A stretch of 64,000 nt of DNA from Candidatus Thorarchaeota archaeon (GTDB taxonomy: Archaea; Asgardarchaeota; Thorarchaeia; Thorarchaeales; Thorarchaeaceae): assembly GCA_046758445.1 (NCBI GenBank), contig JBHIAE010000008.1:15806-79805 (forward strand), written 5' to 3'. The translations under genes and the position numbers were made by a program. Of this stretch, positions 38,461-48,528 are shown piece after piece; within the stretch, counting starts at the first letter, position 1; each line of letters opens with the position of its first letter. Under the pieces are notes generated by a model. That model did no database searches and was not told where the DNA came from. It saw only the letters and a list, made by a program, of their open reading frames with translations.

Positions 38461-39971
38461 TCCCAGTTTATCCCTGAGACTGATCTGTAGAGTTGCTTGT
38501 ACCTTTCAAACCCGCTCGCGTAGGTGGCCTGGTGTTCCTTGTTGGGTATGAGAGGCTCTTTAGGCCGTACCATCTCTTCAGCCGCATGTGCAATCGATTT
38601 GAAGAGGCCAACTCCGTTGCAAGCGAGAATTGCGGCACCCAGAGCGGTTGCCTCCTCCATCTCTGTTCTGATCACTGGGACTCCTAAGACGTCGGTCTGT
38701 ATCTGCATCCAGACCTCGCTCCTAGCAGCTCCACCCGTGACTCTAATCTCTTCGGCAGGGATCTCAAGTTCTCGCATTACCTCTAGATTCGTACGGATCT
38801 CATACGAAACCCCCTCTAGAATGGAACGAAGCAAGTGGGCCCTAGTATGTCCTAGGGCGAGGCCGGCAAAGACTCCCCTTGCATGGGGATTCCAATGTGG
38901 CGCTCCCGCACCAGCAAAGTGAGGAATGTGGATGACGCCCTCGGCTCCCGGAGGGATGTCTGCGGCCCCTTCCGTTAACACTTCGTAGGGGTCGACGCCT
39001 CGCTCCTTGGCGATGTCTATCTCAATGCTGCCAAGTTGGTCTCGGAACCAGCGGAGTACAGAGCCAGTTGTGAACATGCTCGCCTCCACGACAAATGCGT
39101 TTGGCACCACATGTCTGCTGCAGAGAACCCTTCGACTTGGGTCGAGTCGCTCATTGTCCGAGTATGCAAGCATGAATGTACCTGTCCCTGTAGTGGATTT
39201 GATTCTGCCAGGTCGCGTGACACCAACACCAAGAGCGGCACATTGTTGGTCACCACCGCCAGCCACAACTGTCGTGTCAACACTCAGGCCAGACTCTTTT
39301 GAGGCATTCTGAGAGACCTCTCCTACAGGAGTGCCTGGCAAGACTGGCTCAGGAAGTTTCTCAATCGGCAACTCGAAGGAATCAAGAAGTGTCTGTGACC
39401 ACTCAGCTTTCGAGATATCAAACAGTAGTGTTCTGCTCGCGTTCGAATGGTCGGTCAATGTCCGTCCGGTAAGTCTGTAGATGATGTAATCGTGAACCAA
39501 GAGAAACTTGTGGGTATTCCTGAAGATGTCTGGCTCATTCTGTTCTATCCAGATGATCTTCGGGGCTGTGAAATATGGGTCCACTGTAAGTCCAGTCACT
39601 GAATAGATGTTTCCTAAGGACACACGGTCGCGTATCCAATCGCACTGGGACACCGTGCGGCGGTCCTGCCAGACGATGGCTGGACGCAAAGGACGTCCTT
39701 TTTCATCAACTGGGACAACTGTTTCTCGCTGATTCGTTACACTCAATCCAGTGATACTTTCAGGACTCACCTTGCTGGAACTGAAACAGCGAGCGACAGT
39801 CTTGCAGGTCGCTCTCCACCAGCTCTCGGCATCCTGTTCCACCCACGAAGGACTCGGGAAGATGCTCTCGAACTCCTGATAGGCCTTAGCCACTACCTCT
39901 CCGTCAGGTCTGAAGAATATGGAACGTACGCCTGTAGTTCCCGCATCGATTGCCAGTACAATCTGTTTCAT
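38457..39971 (-). CDS. FGGY carbohydrate kinase (xylulokinase/glycerol kinase-like)
   Basis: IDAGTTG, VTNQRET, WQDRR, GGGDQQ, TGTGTF, TGGAARS. Confidence 0.93.
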   Translation of the reverse strand: MKQIVLAIDAGTTGVRSIFFRPDGEVVAKAYQEFESIFPSPSWVEQDAESWWRATCKTVARCFSSSKVSPESITGLSVTNQRETVVPVDEKGRPLRPAIVWQDRRTVSQCDWIRDRVSLGNIYSVTGLTVDPYFTAPKIIWIEQNEPDIFRNTHKFLLVHDYIIYRLTGRTLTDHSNASRTLLFDISKAEWSQTLLDSFELPIEKLPEPVLPGTPVGEVSQNASKESGLSVDTTVVAGGGDQQCAALGVGVTRPGRIKSTTGTGTFMLAYSDNERLDPSRRVLCSRHVVPNAFVVEASMFTTGSVLRWFRDQLGSIEIDIAKERGVDPYEVLTEGAADIPPGAEGVIHIPHFAGAGAPHWNPHARGVFAGLALGHTRAHLLRSILEGVSYEIRTNLEVMRELEIPAEEIRVTGGAARSEVWMQIQTDVLGVPVIRTEMEEATALGAAILACNGVGLFKSIAHAAEEMVRPKEPLIPNKEHQATYASGFERYKQLYRSVSGINWD

Positions 39972-40043
39972 CTGAATCCACAAAGTGTGAAGAGCAAACC
40001 CGTGATATGAACGCTTCGCGGCTAGAAATACCAAGAGGCCATC

Positions 40044-40334
40044 CTATCTATAGCTCGCTTCCGACTCGACCACTTCTAAGAGATGCCGACGTGGGCCAAT
40101 AAGGCTCATCTTCAATCGTCGATTTCGCTGGATTTTCCGCTCAAGCCGCATGGCGTCACTTCTAGTAGGACACTCTTCGAGATACACAAGGTACGTTGGC
40201 TTGTGCATTCTCAGATAAGACGCGGATTTCGAATTCCCCGACAGATGTTCTGTGAACCGTCTATGAAGATCATTGGTCTGACCTGTGTAGTAAGTCCCAT
40301 CCTCAGTTTCGATTATGTAGACGAAGTACATCAC
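40044..40334 (-). CDS. GIY-YIG nuclease (UPF0213)
   Basis: FVYI...YYTGQTNDL.RR..H, AMRLE. Confidence 0.88.
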   Translation of the reverse strand: MMYFVYIIETEDGTYYTGQTNDLHRRFTEHLSGNSKSASYLRMHKPTYLVYLEECPTRSDAMRLERKIQRNRRLKMSLIGPRRHLLEVVESEASYR

Positions 40335-40487
40335 TGAGCATCCTTGGGAGGAGAGTGTGTTTGCGATGATAAAGCCCTTTCTAATAGCTGGCTATGTGTC
40401 CTCGCAATACTCACAAAATGGATTGAGGTGTCTACTAACTAGAGAAAGCCTATAACTGGCCGTGCTTTCTTTGAGGTCCGACACAGA

Positions 40488-41444
40488 ATGACCCAGAAGA
40501 CGGCTCTTGTCACCGGTTGTGCAGGTTTCATCGGCAGCCATCTAGTGGACCAACTCTTGGAGAGAAACTACCTAGTGGTTGGTGTCGACAACCTGCGAAC
40601 AGGGACTAGGGTCAATCTGAACGCCGCCCTAGAAGATCACAGGTTTGCATTCATGGAGAAGGACATCTGCGACGAGGACCTAGCCGAGAGCATACGCTCG
40701 GACGTCAATGTCATCTACCATCTCGCAGCAATCTCTTCTGTCAAGTTGTCAACTGAGAGGCCTCTTCTTGTCTACAGAAACAATGTGACCGGCACTGTAA
40801 ATGTCTTGGAAGTCGCAAGACAAAGAGACATCGAGAGAGTCGTGTTCAGCTCAAGTGCTGCCGTATATGGCAATCCCCCAGAGATGCCAGTGTCCGAAGA
40901 AACACCTGTGTTCCCGGTCAGTCCGTATGCAGCATCCAAAATCTCTGCGGAGCAATATGTGAGAGCATACGGTTTGACTTACGGCATAGAGACCATCGTC
41001 CTACGTTATTTCAACATATATGGCCCTAGGCAAGCATTCTCAGAGTATAGTGGCGTCATCTCAATCTTTATCAATCAGGCGCTGAGAGACAGCCCAATCA
41101 CAATCGATGGCGATGGAAGCCAGACTCGTAGTTTCCTCTATGTGGACGATGCCATCACAGCCACACTCCTTGCCGGCGAGGTCAGCGGTACCGCCGAAAC
41201 GACCTTGAATGTCTGTGGCGAGGAATCGATTCGTATCGACTCTTTGGCTCAACAGGTTCTCAAATCCGTTCAAGGCTCTCGGTCCGAGATTGTTCATGGC
41301 CCTCCTAGAGTTGGGGATGTGAAACACAGCTCCGGAACAATTGTCAAGGCGCGGGAGTTACTCGGCTTTTCTCCGACAGTTCTCCTTGAGCTCGGAGTGA
41401 CGAAGACCGTAGAATGGTTCAGGACTCATCCGGTGAGTAGATGA
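40488..41444 (+). CDS. NAD-dependent epimerase/dehydratase (UDP-glucose 4-epimerase-like)
   Basis: TGCAGFIGS, SSSAAVYG, YAASK, RYFNIYGP. Confidence 0.95.
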   Translation: MTQKTALVTGCAGFIGSHLVDQLLERNYLVVGVDNLRTGTRVNLNAALEDHRFAFMEKDICDEDLAESIRSDVNVIYHLAAISSVKLSTERPLLVYRNNVTGTVNVLEVARQRDIERVVFSSSAAVYGNPPEMPVSEETPVFPVSPYAASKISAEQYVRAYGLTYGIETIVLRYFNIYGPRQAFSEYSGVISIFINQALRDSPITIDGDGSQTRSFLYVDDAITATLLAGEVSGTAETTLNVCGEESIRIDSLAQQVLKSVQGSRSEIVHGPPRVGDVKHSSGTIVKARELLGFSPTVLLELGVTKTVEWFRTHPVSR

Positions 41445-41451
41445 CCTGTCG

Positions 41452-44400
41452 TCACGTCACTGTGAGAATCAGGCTCATAGTGTCCACCACTCCTTCCTCC
41501 GTCTTCAGGACTAGCTGAACGAGATACTGAGCCACTATCAATCCTGTTGGCAAGAAGGCTGTCACCAACGGGGACGTACCATACAGGTCGCCAGGCCCTA
41601 CAGTTCCTACGCCGAGGACGAACGTCGTGTTAGTGGGACTTACAGTGGGTGCGACATCTCCACTGTGCCAATTGACTGAGAAGTTACCTGCGTTGATGAC
41701 TATCTCCAGGGTTAGGTCATGACTCACGTTGTCGTTGTTTCTCAGAAGCGTTACCAGACTTGAATGGTCACCTGAAACCATTGTCACCGGGCTGAAGACG
41801 GCGCTGTCAAAGCCGACCTCACCAGTGCCGACTGCTGTCTGATTAAGCAGGCCAAACATCTCATAGTATGCCTCTATGACATTGCTTCCAAGAGTGACCC
41901 GCTCCCCAGTTTCAGCATCTACCAGGCCCACTCCACCGAGTTTCTCGATGACTATATTCTGTTGGGTTGTTTCCACTTCGAGAAAGACTGGGACAACGAA
42001 GAAGAGATCACCTCCAAGATGATAGAGCAGCCTGTTGCCATATCTGTGAGAGCCCCATAATTGCAGCTGAGTACGGACTGCATCGTTGGTTTCGAAAGCT
42101 TGCTGAGCTGCTGAGGGGCCCAACAATGTCGAGAAGCCTAACTCACCTGCCTTGTAGAACCTCAGAACACCAAAGTCTTTGTTCCCAGATCCCATGACGT
42201 ATATTCCGGCCAGGTTTCGTCCTGGTGCGTCCCTGAACTCGCTATTGTGCATTGCTACGAATCGTTCCACTCCGCCGATGCGCATGATGATGTACCGAGT
42301 ATCGGACCCGTCCGGAGTTTCTTGAAAGTCATAACCACCTCTCCAGACTAGACCGTCAGTCACATGATAGATGTAGGCAACTTCGAGCTGACGCTCGTAG
42401 AGATCTTCGGGCCACTTCATCTGTGATTGCAGCCAGCTCGGCGTTGCAGTCCAGTTATAGTAGCTCATGTACGTGCTGTCTAGGAAGAAGGCACTGTCCT
42501 CCACAGGTGATTCGTAGAAGACCAACTCTCCTGTTTCAATGTCAACAAGTGCTACTCCTATGAACCGCATATAGTGTTCATGAGCATAGCCGGTGGCGAG
42601 AGGGTAGTCCACGAATATGGAAACTGCATAGTGTATCCTGCCATCAGGTGCAACAATGATGTAGGGATCTTTGTCGACTCGAAGGCCCTGAAGCATGACT
42701 GCCTGCACTCTCGAGACCACATCTCGCTGAACAAGCATGTCCATATCTCGACCCAGAAACGACCATGCCTCTGGACCCATTGTGAGTATGTAGAAGAACG
42801 ACTCAAAGCCGCTAAGAGTGTAGTCAGGTTGTCCTTGGAACGTCACGTTTCCAACCTCGTTGAATCCAGGAACGTTCACAAAGACGACATCTGAGAACCC
42901 TCTTCCTTCACCATAGTAGGTGTTCACCATTGATGTTCGATTGAGTAGAGCAATCAGGTTGTCTCCTTCAACAATGTCTCCACTGTAGGCGTCCAAGACA
43001 ACCAACCCTTCGGTATGAGTGTAGATTAGATGTTGGTTGATGAAGCTGGTGGTAGTAGCCTCAACATCAAATGTCAAAGGAGCAATCCAGTACTCGTGAC
43101 TTTGCAGAAACACTATGTCAGAGTCTGCAAGCTGCATCCAGTTGGTCCCAATCTGATTTCTCATCCGCTTATAGCTTGCTTCCTGGTCCCATTGACGTAC
43201 AGTAGTCAGATACTCCACTTCGCCCTCGGGCGTTGCGTTCAGAGTCAAGTCATCGAGGGCCTGAATCTGCATGTCGGCTACGCCAGCCGCCCAGTTAGTG
43301 ATCTCAATCTCCTTGCGAGTTTCATATTCGAATTTCCAGTCCAGGTACTTGTCGCCCTCCATCTGGATACCATAGTATACTGCCTGGATGGCAGGCAGCA
43401 TCACCACGACAAGTATGAGAATCACTGCAACGACACCAAACCTGCGCTGCACTCCAAAGATTGGAACCAATCTTTCGAACTTCAGTCGCCTAAGCTCGTT
43501 GCCTATGTTGGCCCGATCTTCCATCAGGAGTGTTACTCTTCTCTTGTAGTCCTGGGCATCGATAGCGCCCGACTCATACTCCTGTCGGAGTGACATGAGC
43601 TCCCCCTGTAGACGCGCAAGGTCCTCCTCAAGGTTAGATATCTTTCCCCGCAGCCGCTGTTGCGCATCGCCAGACCTGACCCTCACGAACATGAAGAGAA
43701 GCGCCCCGATGAAAGATGCAGCTAGAGCAACAATTAGGGCAACGTATGACATCCATGTTCCGGCATTGACTGTCCACATTGGAACGCTGAGAATCTCCAG
43801 TATGATGGCTAGAGCGACGACGAAGAGGCCCTTGGAAATCACTACGAACATGTCCCGTCGTGCTGTCATCATGTCAGTGACCACGCTCAGTGCAATCCGA
43901 CCAGCAGTGAAGATGACGAAAGTCGCTATGAGGCCCATGTAGAGTTGGTAAGCCTCCATGGCCGGAATTATGCTGATGACTGATGAGGCTGGAGTCCCCG
44001 GAGCAAAGGGCAAGGCGAACAGCGTGCCTACTTCTCCGGGCGAGATTGAGATGGAACCATCGCCCATCAGCATCATTAGAAACGCTACGTTTTGACCTGT
44101 GACTGAGTAGCCTCCGGTCGCAACATAGTACATGAAGAGACCGCCAAATTGGAGGAGCCTCCATGCAACCGCCGATCGGAGTTCCAGACGCTTTGGAATT
44201 GCCCCTGTCTGGGCAAGGGCAGACAGGAATGACAGGAAGGTCGATCGCTGGGGGAGAGTGATCATACTAAGAATGGTAAGCAGCAGTGACGCTGTGAAGA
44301 TGTTGTTCTTGAGCGTCCACGTTTGCCAGAAGTCCACTCCGGCCTTTGCGTCGTAAGTGTTCTGGAAGATTACCTGGCCTAAGAACCAACCGTAGCCGGC

Positions 44401-44493
44401 GCCCAGGGCTGTAATGATGACTGCTGCTAGGATAACCAGAATGATGAGGACTCGTCCGATTCTCATAAGGTCTGTACCTCTTGATAGCGTCAA
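41452..44493 (-). CDS. UPF0182-family membrane protein with coiled-coil insert and beta-rich C-terminal extension
   Basis: N-terminal TMs; VRQWD, NQHLIYTH, YYGE, DPY, WPEDL, GN.L motifs. Confidence 0.8.
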   Translation of the reverse strand: MTLSRGTDLMRIGRVLIILVILAAVIITALGAGYGWFLGQVIFQNTYDAKAGVDFWQTWTLKNNIFTASLLLTILSMITLPQRSTFLSFLSALAQTGAIPKRLELRSAVAWRLLQFGGLFMYYVATGGYSVTGQNVAFLMMLMGDGSISISPGEVGTLFALPFAPGTPASSVISIIPAMEAYQLYMGLIATFVIFTAGRIALSVVTDMMTARRDMFVVISKGLFVVALAIILEILSVPMWTVNAGTWMSYVALIVALAASFIGALLFMFVRVRSGDAQQRLRGKISNLEEDLARLQGELMSLRQEYESGAIDAQDYKRRVTLLMEDRANIGNELRRLKFERLVPIFGVQRRFGVVAVILILVVVMLPAIQAVYYGIQMEGDKYLDWKFEYETRKEIEITNWAAGVADMQIQALDDLTLNATPEGEVEYLTTVRQWDQEASYKRMRNQIGTNWMQLADSDIVFLQSHEYWIAPLTFDVEATTTSFINQHLIYTHTEGLVVLDAYSGDIVEGDNLIALLNRTSMVNTYYGEGRGFSDVVFVNVPGFNEVGNVTFQGQPDYTLSGFESFFYILTMGPEAWSFLGRDMDMLVQRDVVSRVQAVMLQGLRVDKDPYIIVAPDGRIHYAVSIFVDYPLATGYAHEHYMRFIGVALVDIETGELVFYESPVEDSAFFLDSTYMSYYNWTATPSWLQSQMKWPEDLYERQLEVAYIYHVTDGLVWRGGYDFQETPDGSDTRYIIMRIGGVERFVAMHNSEFRDAPGRNLAGIYVMGSGNKDFGVLRFYKAGELGFSTLLGPSAAQQAFETNDAVRTQLQLWGSHRYGNRLLYHLGGDLFFVVPVFLEVETTQQNIVIEKLGGVGLVDAETGERVTLGSNVIEAYYEMFGLLNQTAVGTGEVGFDSAVFSPVTMVSGDHSSLVTLLRNNDNVSHDLTLEIVINAGNFSVNWHSGDVAPTVSPTNTTFVLGVGTVGPGDLYGTSPLVTAFLPTGLIVAQYLVQLVLKTEEGVVDTMSLILTVT

Positions 44494-44632
44494 GTCACCA
44501 AGTATTATGATGCATATGAGGCTATGGTTATCTGAAATGGCCGGCTAATCTAAACCAGTAGAAGGCCAGAAACTGCCCTTTTCTGACGTCAATTCGGAAG
44601 CAATATCAGTGCGAAATAGATGTACTTTCGTT

Positions 44633-44795
44633 ATGGCACGGCCATTATGGTCTGTACACCTTCTGAAGAAGACGCTTCCAAGCGTCAGAAACATCGCCAA
44701 GATGACCAATATCCCTGTCATTGGGAGGATTATTGGCCAATGCTCTTCGGGAACGACGATGTCATCTGTCCGCCGAAGGACAGTGTGGCCCGGGG
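44633..44795 (+). pseudogene. N-terminal remnant of a 4Fe-4S binding protein gene (frameshifted, truncated)
   Basis: MARPLWSVHLLKKTLP...IPVIGRII, then in a shifted frame MLFGNDDVICPPKDSV; recalled as the N-terminus of an archaeal 4Fe-4S protein family. Confidence 0.55.
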
Positions 44796-44811
44796 GCACA
44801 CTGATCACATC

Positions 44812-44837
44812 CATTGTACTCCAGGGAGTTGGACACC
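44812..44837 (-). repeat. Degenerate copy of island motif at the left border
   Basis: Minus strand reads GGTGTCCAACTCCCTGGAGTACAATG. Confidence 0.45.
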
Positions 44838-45701
44838 TTGAGAGAAAAGCCTAGAGTGATCGATTTCAGAAGATTTCAGAACATGGTGTATGACTACGCT
44901 CAGACTAGGGAATTCCTTGGAAACGTTGACCTGCGTTCGCCCCTTGTGATGGACTTCATAATGCTCATGGCTGAGAACCGCATGATTCCTGAACACCGAG
45001 AGATAAGCATTGAACAGACCATGAGGGAACGGGAAGTCCAATTCCTTGACTGGTTTCTTCTGGAGAGAGAGTTTCACGATGGAAAGACAATCGGTGAGCT
45101 GTACATCGACAGCGAGAGCTTCGAACGCGACTTCGGCCTTGCAGCAACGGCAGACCTAAGACGGATTGTACAAACACTCAGAGAACCCATCTGGAATGAT
45201 TTCACTGTCGTCGGGAAGCAAGAAAAGGACCGGTACTGGGTGGAGCAGTTTGACACTGACAACGCATTTCTCGTTCATGATAAGTCGACCTTTGTCCGGT
45301 TCGAGGTTGGTGCGACCTTCTATTCAAAGCTGATTCCGTTTGGTGGCGTGTATTATCTGGGAACTGACCCAATCATAATACCTAAGGAGCGCGTAGAGAA
45401 GTACTTCAAGGTCAAGGCGCTCTTAGAATCACTTGAGGAAAGGCTTGAAGTGTTCATGGAGGGAAAGGCGGGTCTTGCTCCCAAGACTCGACGCAAGTAT
45501 GAGGAGTCGATTCCACTCCTGCTAGACTTCGTTGATTTCAAGCACTACACGAAACCGAGTCAGGTCAAGGATCTCGACGTAGACACGATGATAAAGTGGG
45601 CTAGTGAGGAGTTCTGGCTCTCCAAATGGAAGGAGGACCAATATCGCAGTGCGATCAAGCACATCGTGAGGTACCTATCCAAGATAGAGAACTGGGAGTA
45701 G
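44814..45701 (+). CDS. Hypothetical protein with C-terminal integrase core-binding (SAM-like) helical segment
   Basis: FLDWFLLE...GKTIGELYI; LEVFMEGKAGLAPKTRRKY...; likely start 44856 or 44883. Confidence 0.65.
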   Translation: MYSRELDTLREKPRVIDFRRFQNMVYDYAQTREFLGNVDLRSPLVMDFIMLMAENRMIPEHREISIEQTMREREVQFLDWFLLEREFHDGKTIGELYIDSESFERDFGLAATADLRRIVQTLREPIWNDFTVVGKQEKDRYWVEQFDTDNAFLVHDKSTFVRFEVGATFYSKLIPFGGVYYLGTDPIIIPKERVEKYFKVKALLESLEERLEVFMEGKAGLAPKTRRKYEESIPLLLDFVDFKHYTKPSQVKDLDVDTMIKWASEEFWLSKWKEDQYRSAIKHIVRYLSKIENWE

Positions 45702-45753
45702 AGAGCGGCAAAGATTGCGAAGCAGGTGGTGAAGAGGGCATCTGACTCGCGCT

Positions 45754-45864
45754 GAACAGAGACCAGAAACAATCTGCCCAACTCTGTCCAAGTTCGAGGT
45801 AGCTGTTCGTAGTCCTTCTGATGCATTCATCTCATAGAAGGCTTGGACAACAACCATGTTGGAT
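45754..45864 (+). repeat. Island motif copy with facing inverted half-site
   Basis: GAACAGAGACCAGAAACAA-TCTGCCCAAC-TCTGTCCAAG, then CTTGGACA (45842) and GTTGGAT (45858). Confidence 0.7.
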
Positions 45865-46301
45865 CAGGACTCAACTTTCGTGCGGAACTCTTCCAATAGG
45901 CGGGAAGCAAGATCGAAGACAATCCTTGCTTGTTCAACTGCACGACTGGCATCCGCCTGGGTGAACAGCTCGTCGGGCGGCGTGCCCGAGCTCTCATCAC
46001 CGTACATTGCCAGGCCTGTTACACCAGAGAGCTGGCGTGATATGATACGTACACGGTCAATCTCGGTTTCGAACCAGTCCGGAAACATCTCTCGATTGTG
46101 CAAGATTAGATCACTGACCTCATGACTCCCCGGATATTCGATTCCAAAAAGCCGGAGAACAGACTTTGTCGATATCTCGACGCACTCCTGTGAGTATCGT
46201 ATGGCCTCAGGGTAGTCTTTCCGCTTCAACGCCGCAGGCGCATCGACCAGACGTGACCTTGCCCTCTTTAAGTACCCCTGGGCCATGTCAATGTTCGTCA
46301 T
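45864..46301 (-). CDS. HEPN domain protein (HEPN-MNT pair)
   Basis: A..YL.RA..RL, SQECVE..K, YPGSHEV, AMYGDE..PP; ATGA overlap with MNT. Confidence 0.9.
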   Translation of the reverse strand: MTNIDMAQGYLKRARSRLVDAPAALKRKDYPEAIRYSQECVEISTKSVLRLFGIEYPGSHEVSDLILHNREMFPDWFETEIDRVRIISRQLSGVTGLAMYGDESSGTPPDELFTQADASRAVEQARIVFDLASRLLEEFRTKVES

Positions 46302-47041
46302 ATCTCGAAGACTTCCCCCATCTTGACTCCTTCCTTCATCACCCAGTACCAGCTTCTGTCAGGAAGTACGACACGTTTCGACCCCAACTCCTTCATTCTG
46401 GCCTCCACACGTTCTAGAATCTTCCTCATGAATCCGTCCCGGTCAAGGAGAATGACTGCGTCTAGTACTAAGTCCATGTACAACAGTCTTGGACTGTTCG
46501 CCTCTTCTGCGTCGAGAGTCAGGAATTGTATAGGTGCCAGTATGCCATCTTGTTGCCACATGTTCTTCCGGACAGGAGTGAGTGACAAGTCTATCTTGCC
46601 AATGTCCTCGGCTCTCTCCATGACCGACTTCTCCCATTCCTTCACCACCAACAGCACATCAACATCGCTCTCAGAGCTCGCATCACCACGAGCAACGGAG
46701 CCAAAGACTGTGACGGACAACAGATGCCGTCCGAACTTGTCAAGAAGGGCTGAGAGAAGCCCCCGGAACAGTGGGTCGTAGGGGGTGCTGAGGAGTCTTC
46801 CGAGCTTCACTGCTCCACTGGTTGCGGCCGCAAGATACGACGGGCTGAGAAGCTGATACAAACCTCGTTCAATTCGTATCGCAGACCCATGCTCCACAAA
46901 CCGACTCATCAAGATTCGTACTGACGGCCTCGTTTCACGAAGAACATCCGATGCGGTACTGAGGTCAAATGCTTTCGATCCATGGACATACCAGAGCTTG
47001 CTGTATGCCTTTCCCAGCCAGCGTGGCATCCATCTCATCAT
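46298..47041 (-). CDS. Minimal nucleotidyltransferase (MNT) with N-terminal winged helix
   Basis: FGSVARG..SESDVDVLLV; C-terminal WYW motif. Confidence 0.9.
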   Translation of the reverse strand: MMRWMPRWLGKAYSKLWYVHGSKAFDLSTASDVLRETRPSVRILMSRFVEHGSAIRIERGLYQLLSPSYLAAATSGAVKLGRLLSTPYDPLFRGLLSALLDKFGRHLLSVTVFGSVARGDASSESDVDVLLVVKEWEKSVMERAEDIGKIDLSLTPVRKNMWQQDGILAPIQFLTLDAEEANSPRLLYMDLVLDAVILLDRDGFMRKILERVEARMKELGSKRVVLPDRSWYWVMKEGVKMGEVFEI

Positions 47042-47137
47042 TGTTACCTATTTGGTAGTCATAACCAAACAGTCTATAAACATTCCGACCAATGTAACAG
47101 GACAATGGAAGCACCGGACCACAAACAGCTCCAAAGG

Positions 47138-47256
47138 TTGTGCCGTTTCTCGTTCAACGCCCGTTTTCTGGGGTCACCAGGGATTGTTTGACATGGGCCC
47201 ACTTGCGATTGGACCGGCCGGCCACAAGGACACGGCTACGCCTTGATGGAATGGAC
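47138..47256 (+). repeat. 119-bp direct repeat, copy 1
   Basis: Colinear with 54876-54994, ~83% identity by eye, last 52 bp 49/52 identical. Confidence 0.9.
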
Positions 47257-47460
47257 GTCAAATACCGTCGACTGAAGTCAATGGCTTGTACAGTCAGTCG
47301 GTAACTGCCCACGTCTGAGCCGTTGGCTGGACCCCGGACCTAATGCGATATGCGACACTGAGGCACCACTCTCTCGTCCCACTGATTGTATTCAAGCACG
47401 TACAGGATACCTATTCCTCCCACGACCGAAGTCGCGGGTATCCTAGATGAAGCCTTGTGA
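47257..47460 (+). mobile_element. Non-autonomous IS200/IS605-like miniature element (~200 bp)
   Basis: Begins GTCAAATACC-hairpin(CGACTGAAGTC)-GGCTTG; ends ATTCCTCCCACGACCGAAGTCGCGGGTATCCT-N12-GTGA; no ORF. Confidence 0.75.
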
Positions 47461-47565
47461 AGATTGGCCGCTTAGAAGACGGCAAAGGCTGCGAAACAGG
47501 GTGAAGAAGGCAATCTGATCCTCGTTGAATGCGTCGGCTAGCGGGAAAACGAGTAGGCCTACATA

Positions 47566-47616
47566 TTTCCTCTCTACATATTCTCTATTCTCTCTTTATT
47601 CTCTCTATGTTCTCTC
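47566..47616 (+). repeat. Pyrimidine-rich low-complexity tract (degenerate TTCTCT(CT)AT units)
   Basis: TTTCCTCTCTACATATTCTCTATTCTCTCTTTATTCTCTCTATGTTCTCTC. Confidence 0.6.
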
Positions 47617-47625
47617 AAGTGTCCC

Positions 47626-47717
47626 GAACAGAAGCCAGCAACAATCTGTCCAACTTCGCCCAACCTGCAATGAAAGGTCTTTCATGCTAGAGTCTTTCGA
47701 TGAAACTTGGTCTAGTC
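47626..47717 (+). repeat. Island motif copy with facing inverted half-site
   Basis: GAACAGAAGCCAGCAACAA-TCTGTCCAAC-TTCGCCCAAC-CTGCAATG, then TGAAACTTGGTCTAGTC (47701). Confidence 0.7.
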
Positions 47718-47740
47718 TGAGAAACGCTGGGACTACAGTG

Positions 47741-48528
47741 TCAGACTGTATCGATTTGGAGCCAGTCTAGTGAAGCTCGCAGTTGTTCAAGTACCTCGGT
47801 CATTTGAGGTACTGGGTGAACCAGTCTCTCGAGACTCTTCCCCCAATACTCAGACAGGACTTGCTCAAGATGGGGGGAAAGATGTCCTTGATTGTGGGCC
47901 ACGGTATGTTCTTAGCTCTCAGCTTCCTGCGGAGAATCTCTCGAACTCGGCTTCGGTTTATCCTAGATTCAGCCATTCTCCAGACGTCGTAATAGTCTCG
48001 TGCTTTCCCACGTTGCAAGATTGCTCTCAGTTTCTCTGCAAGTATCTCCTCTCTACTTAGAACTCGTACTTCGAAACTGGGGTAGTCGGAGTATACTTGC
48101 CAGAGCGGTAGGCTCTGGATGGTTCACAATGGAGAGTCGGATGTCATGTCTACTCTCAGCCAGTTCCTGTGTAGTATAGCGTAATACTGGACCTTCAACT
48201 GAAGGTAGCTTGGATTGCTGTATTGGCTCCGGATGGAGAACTCAATCCCGGAATCGCCTGATGCCGCCTTAAGTGCGTCTGATACTTGAGTTCCAAGAAT
48301 ACCCCAATCATTGTGGGTCGTGGAGAAGTCAAGGTCCTCAGATAGTCTCCAAGTTTCGGGGAAATAGACCTTGGACAGTGCTGTACCTCCTTTGAAGATG
48401 ATATCCGATACGTTCTTCAGACCGAAGAGTGCCCATCCTAGAACATAGTCTTTCTCAATCATGGCTAGGGGTAGTCCTCTACTTCGCGCCATGGTCATCA
48501 GTTCTCGCTTGGGAATCAGTACATCCAC
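47741..48528 (-). pseudogene. AbiEii/AbiGii nucleotidyltransferase toxin, inactivated (in-frame TGA at 48124-48126 and frameshift in the G6 run at 47872-47877)
   Basis: IEKDY, FKGGTAL, RLSEDLDF before the TGA; EEILAEKLRA..RGKARDYYD in the same frame after it; plausible C-terminus resumes in a shifted frame. Confidence 0.85.

Noticed and set aside
48124-48126. In-frame TGA as selenocysteine/readthrough
   Set aside because: Not a redox Cys position, and the gene has a second lesion; nonsense mutation is simpler
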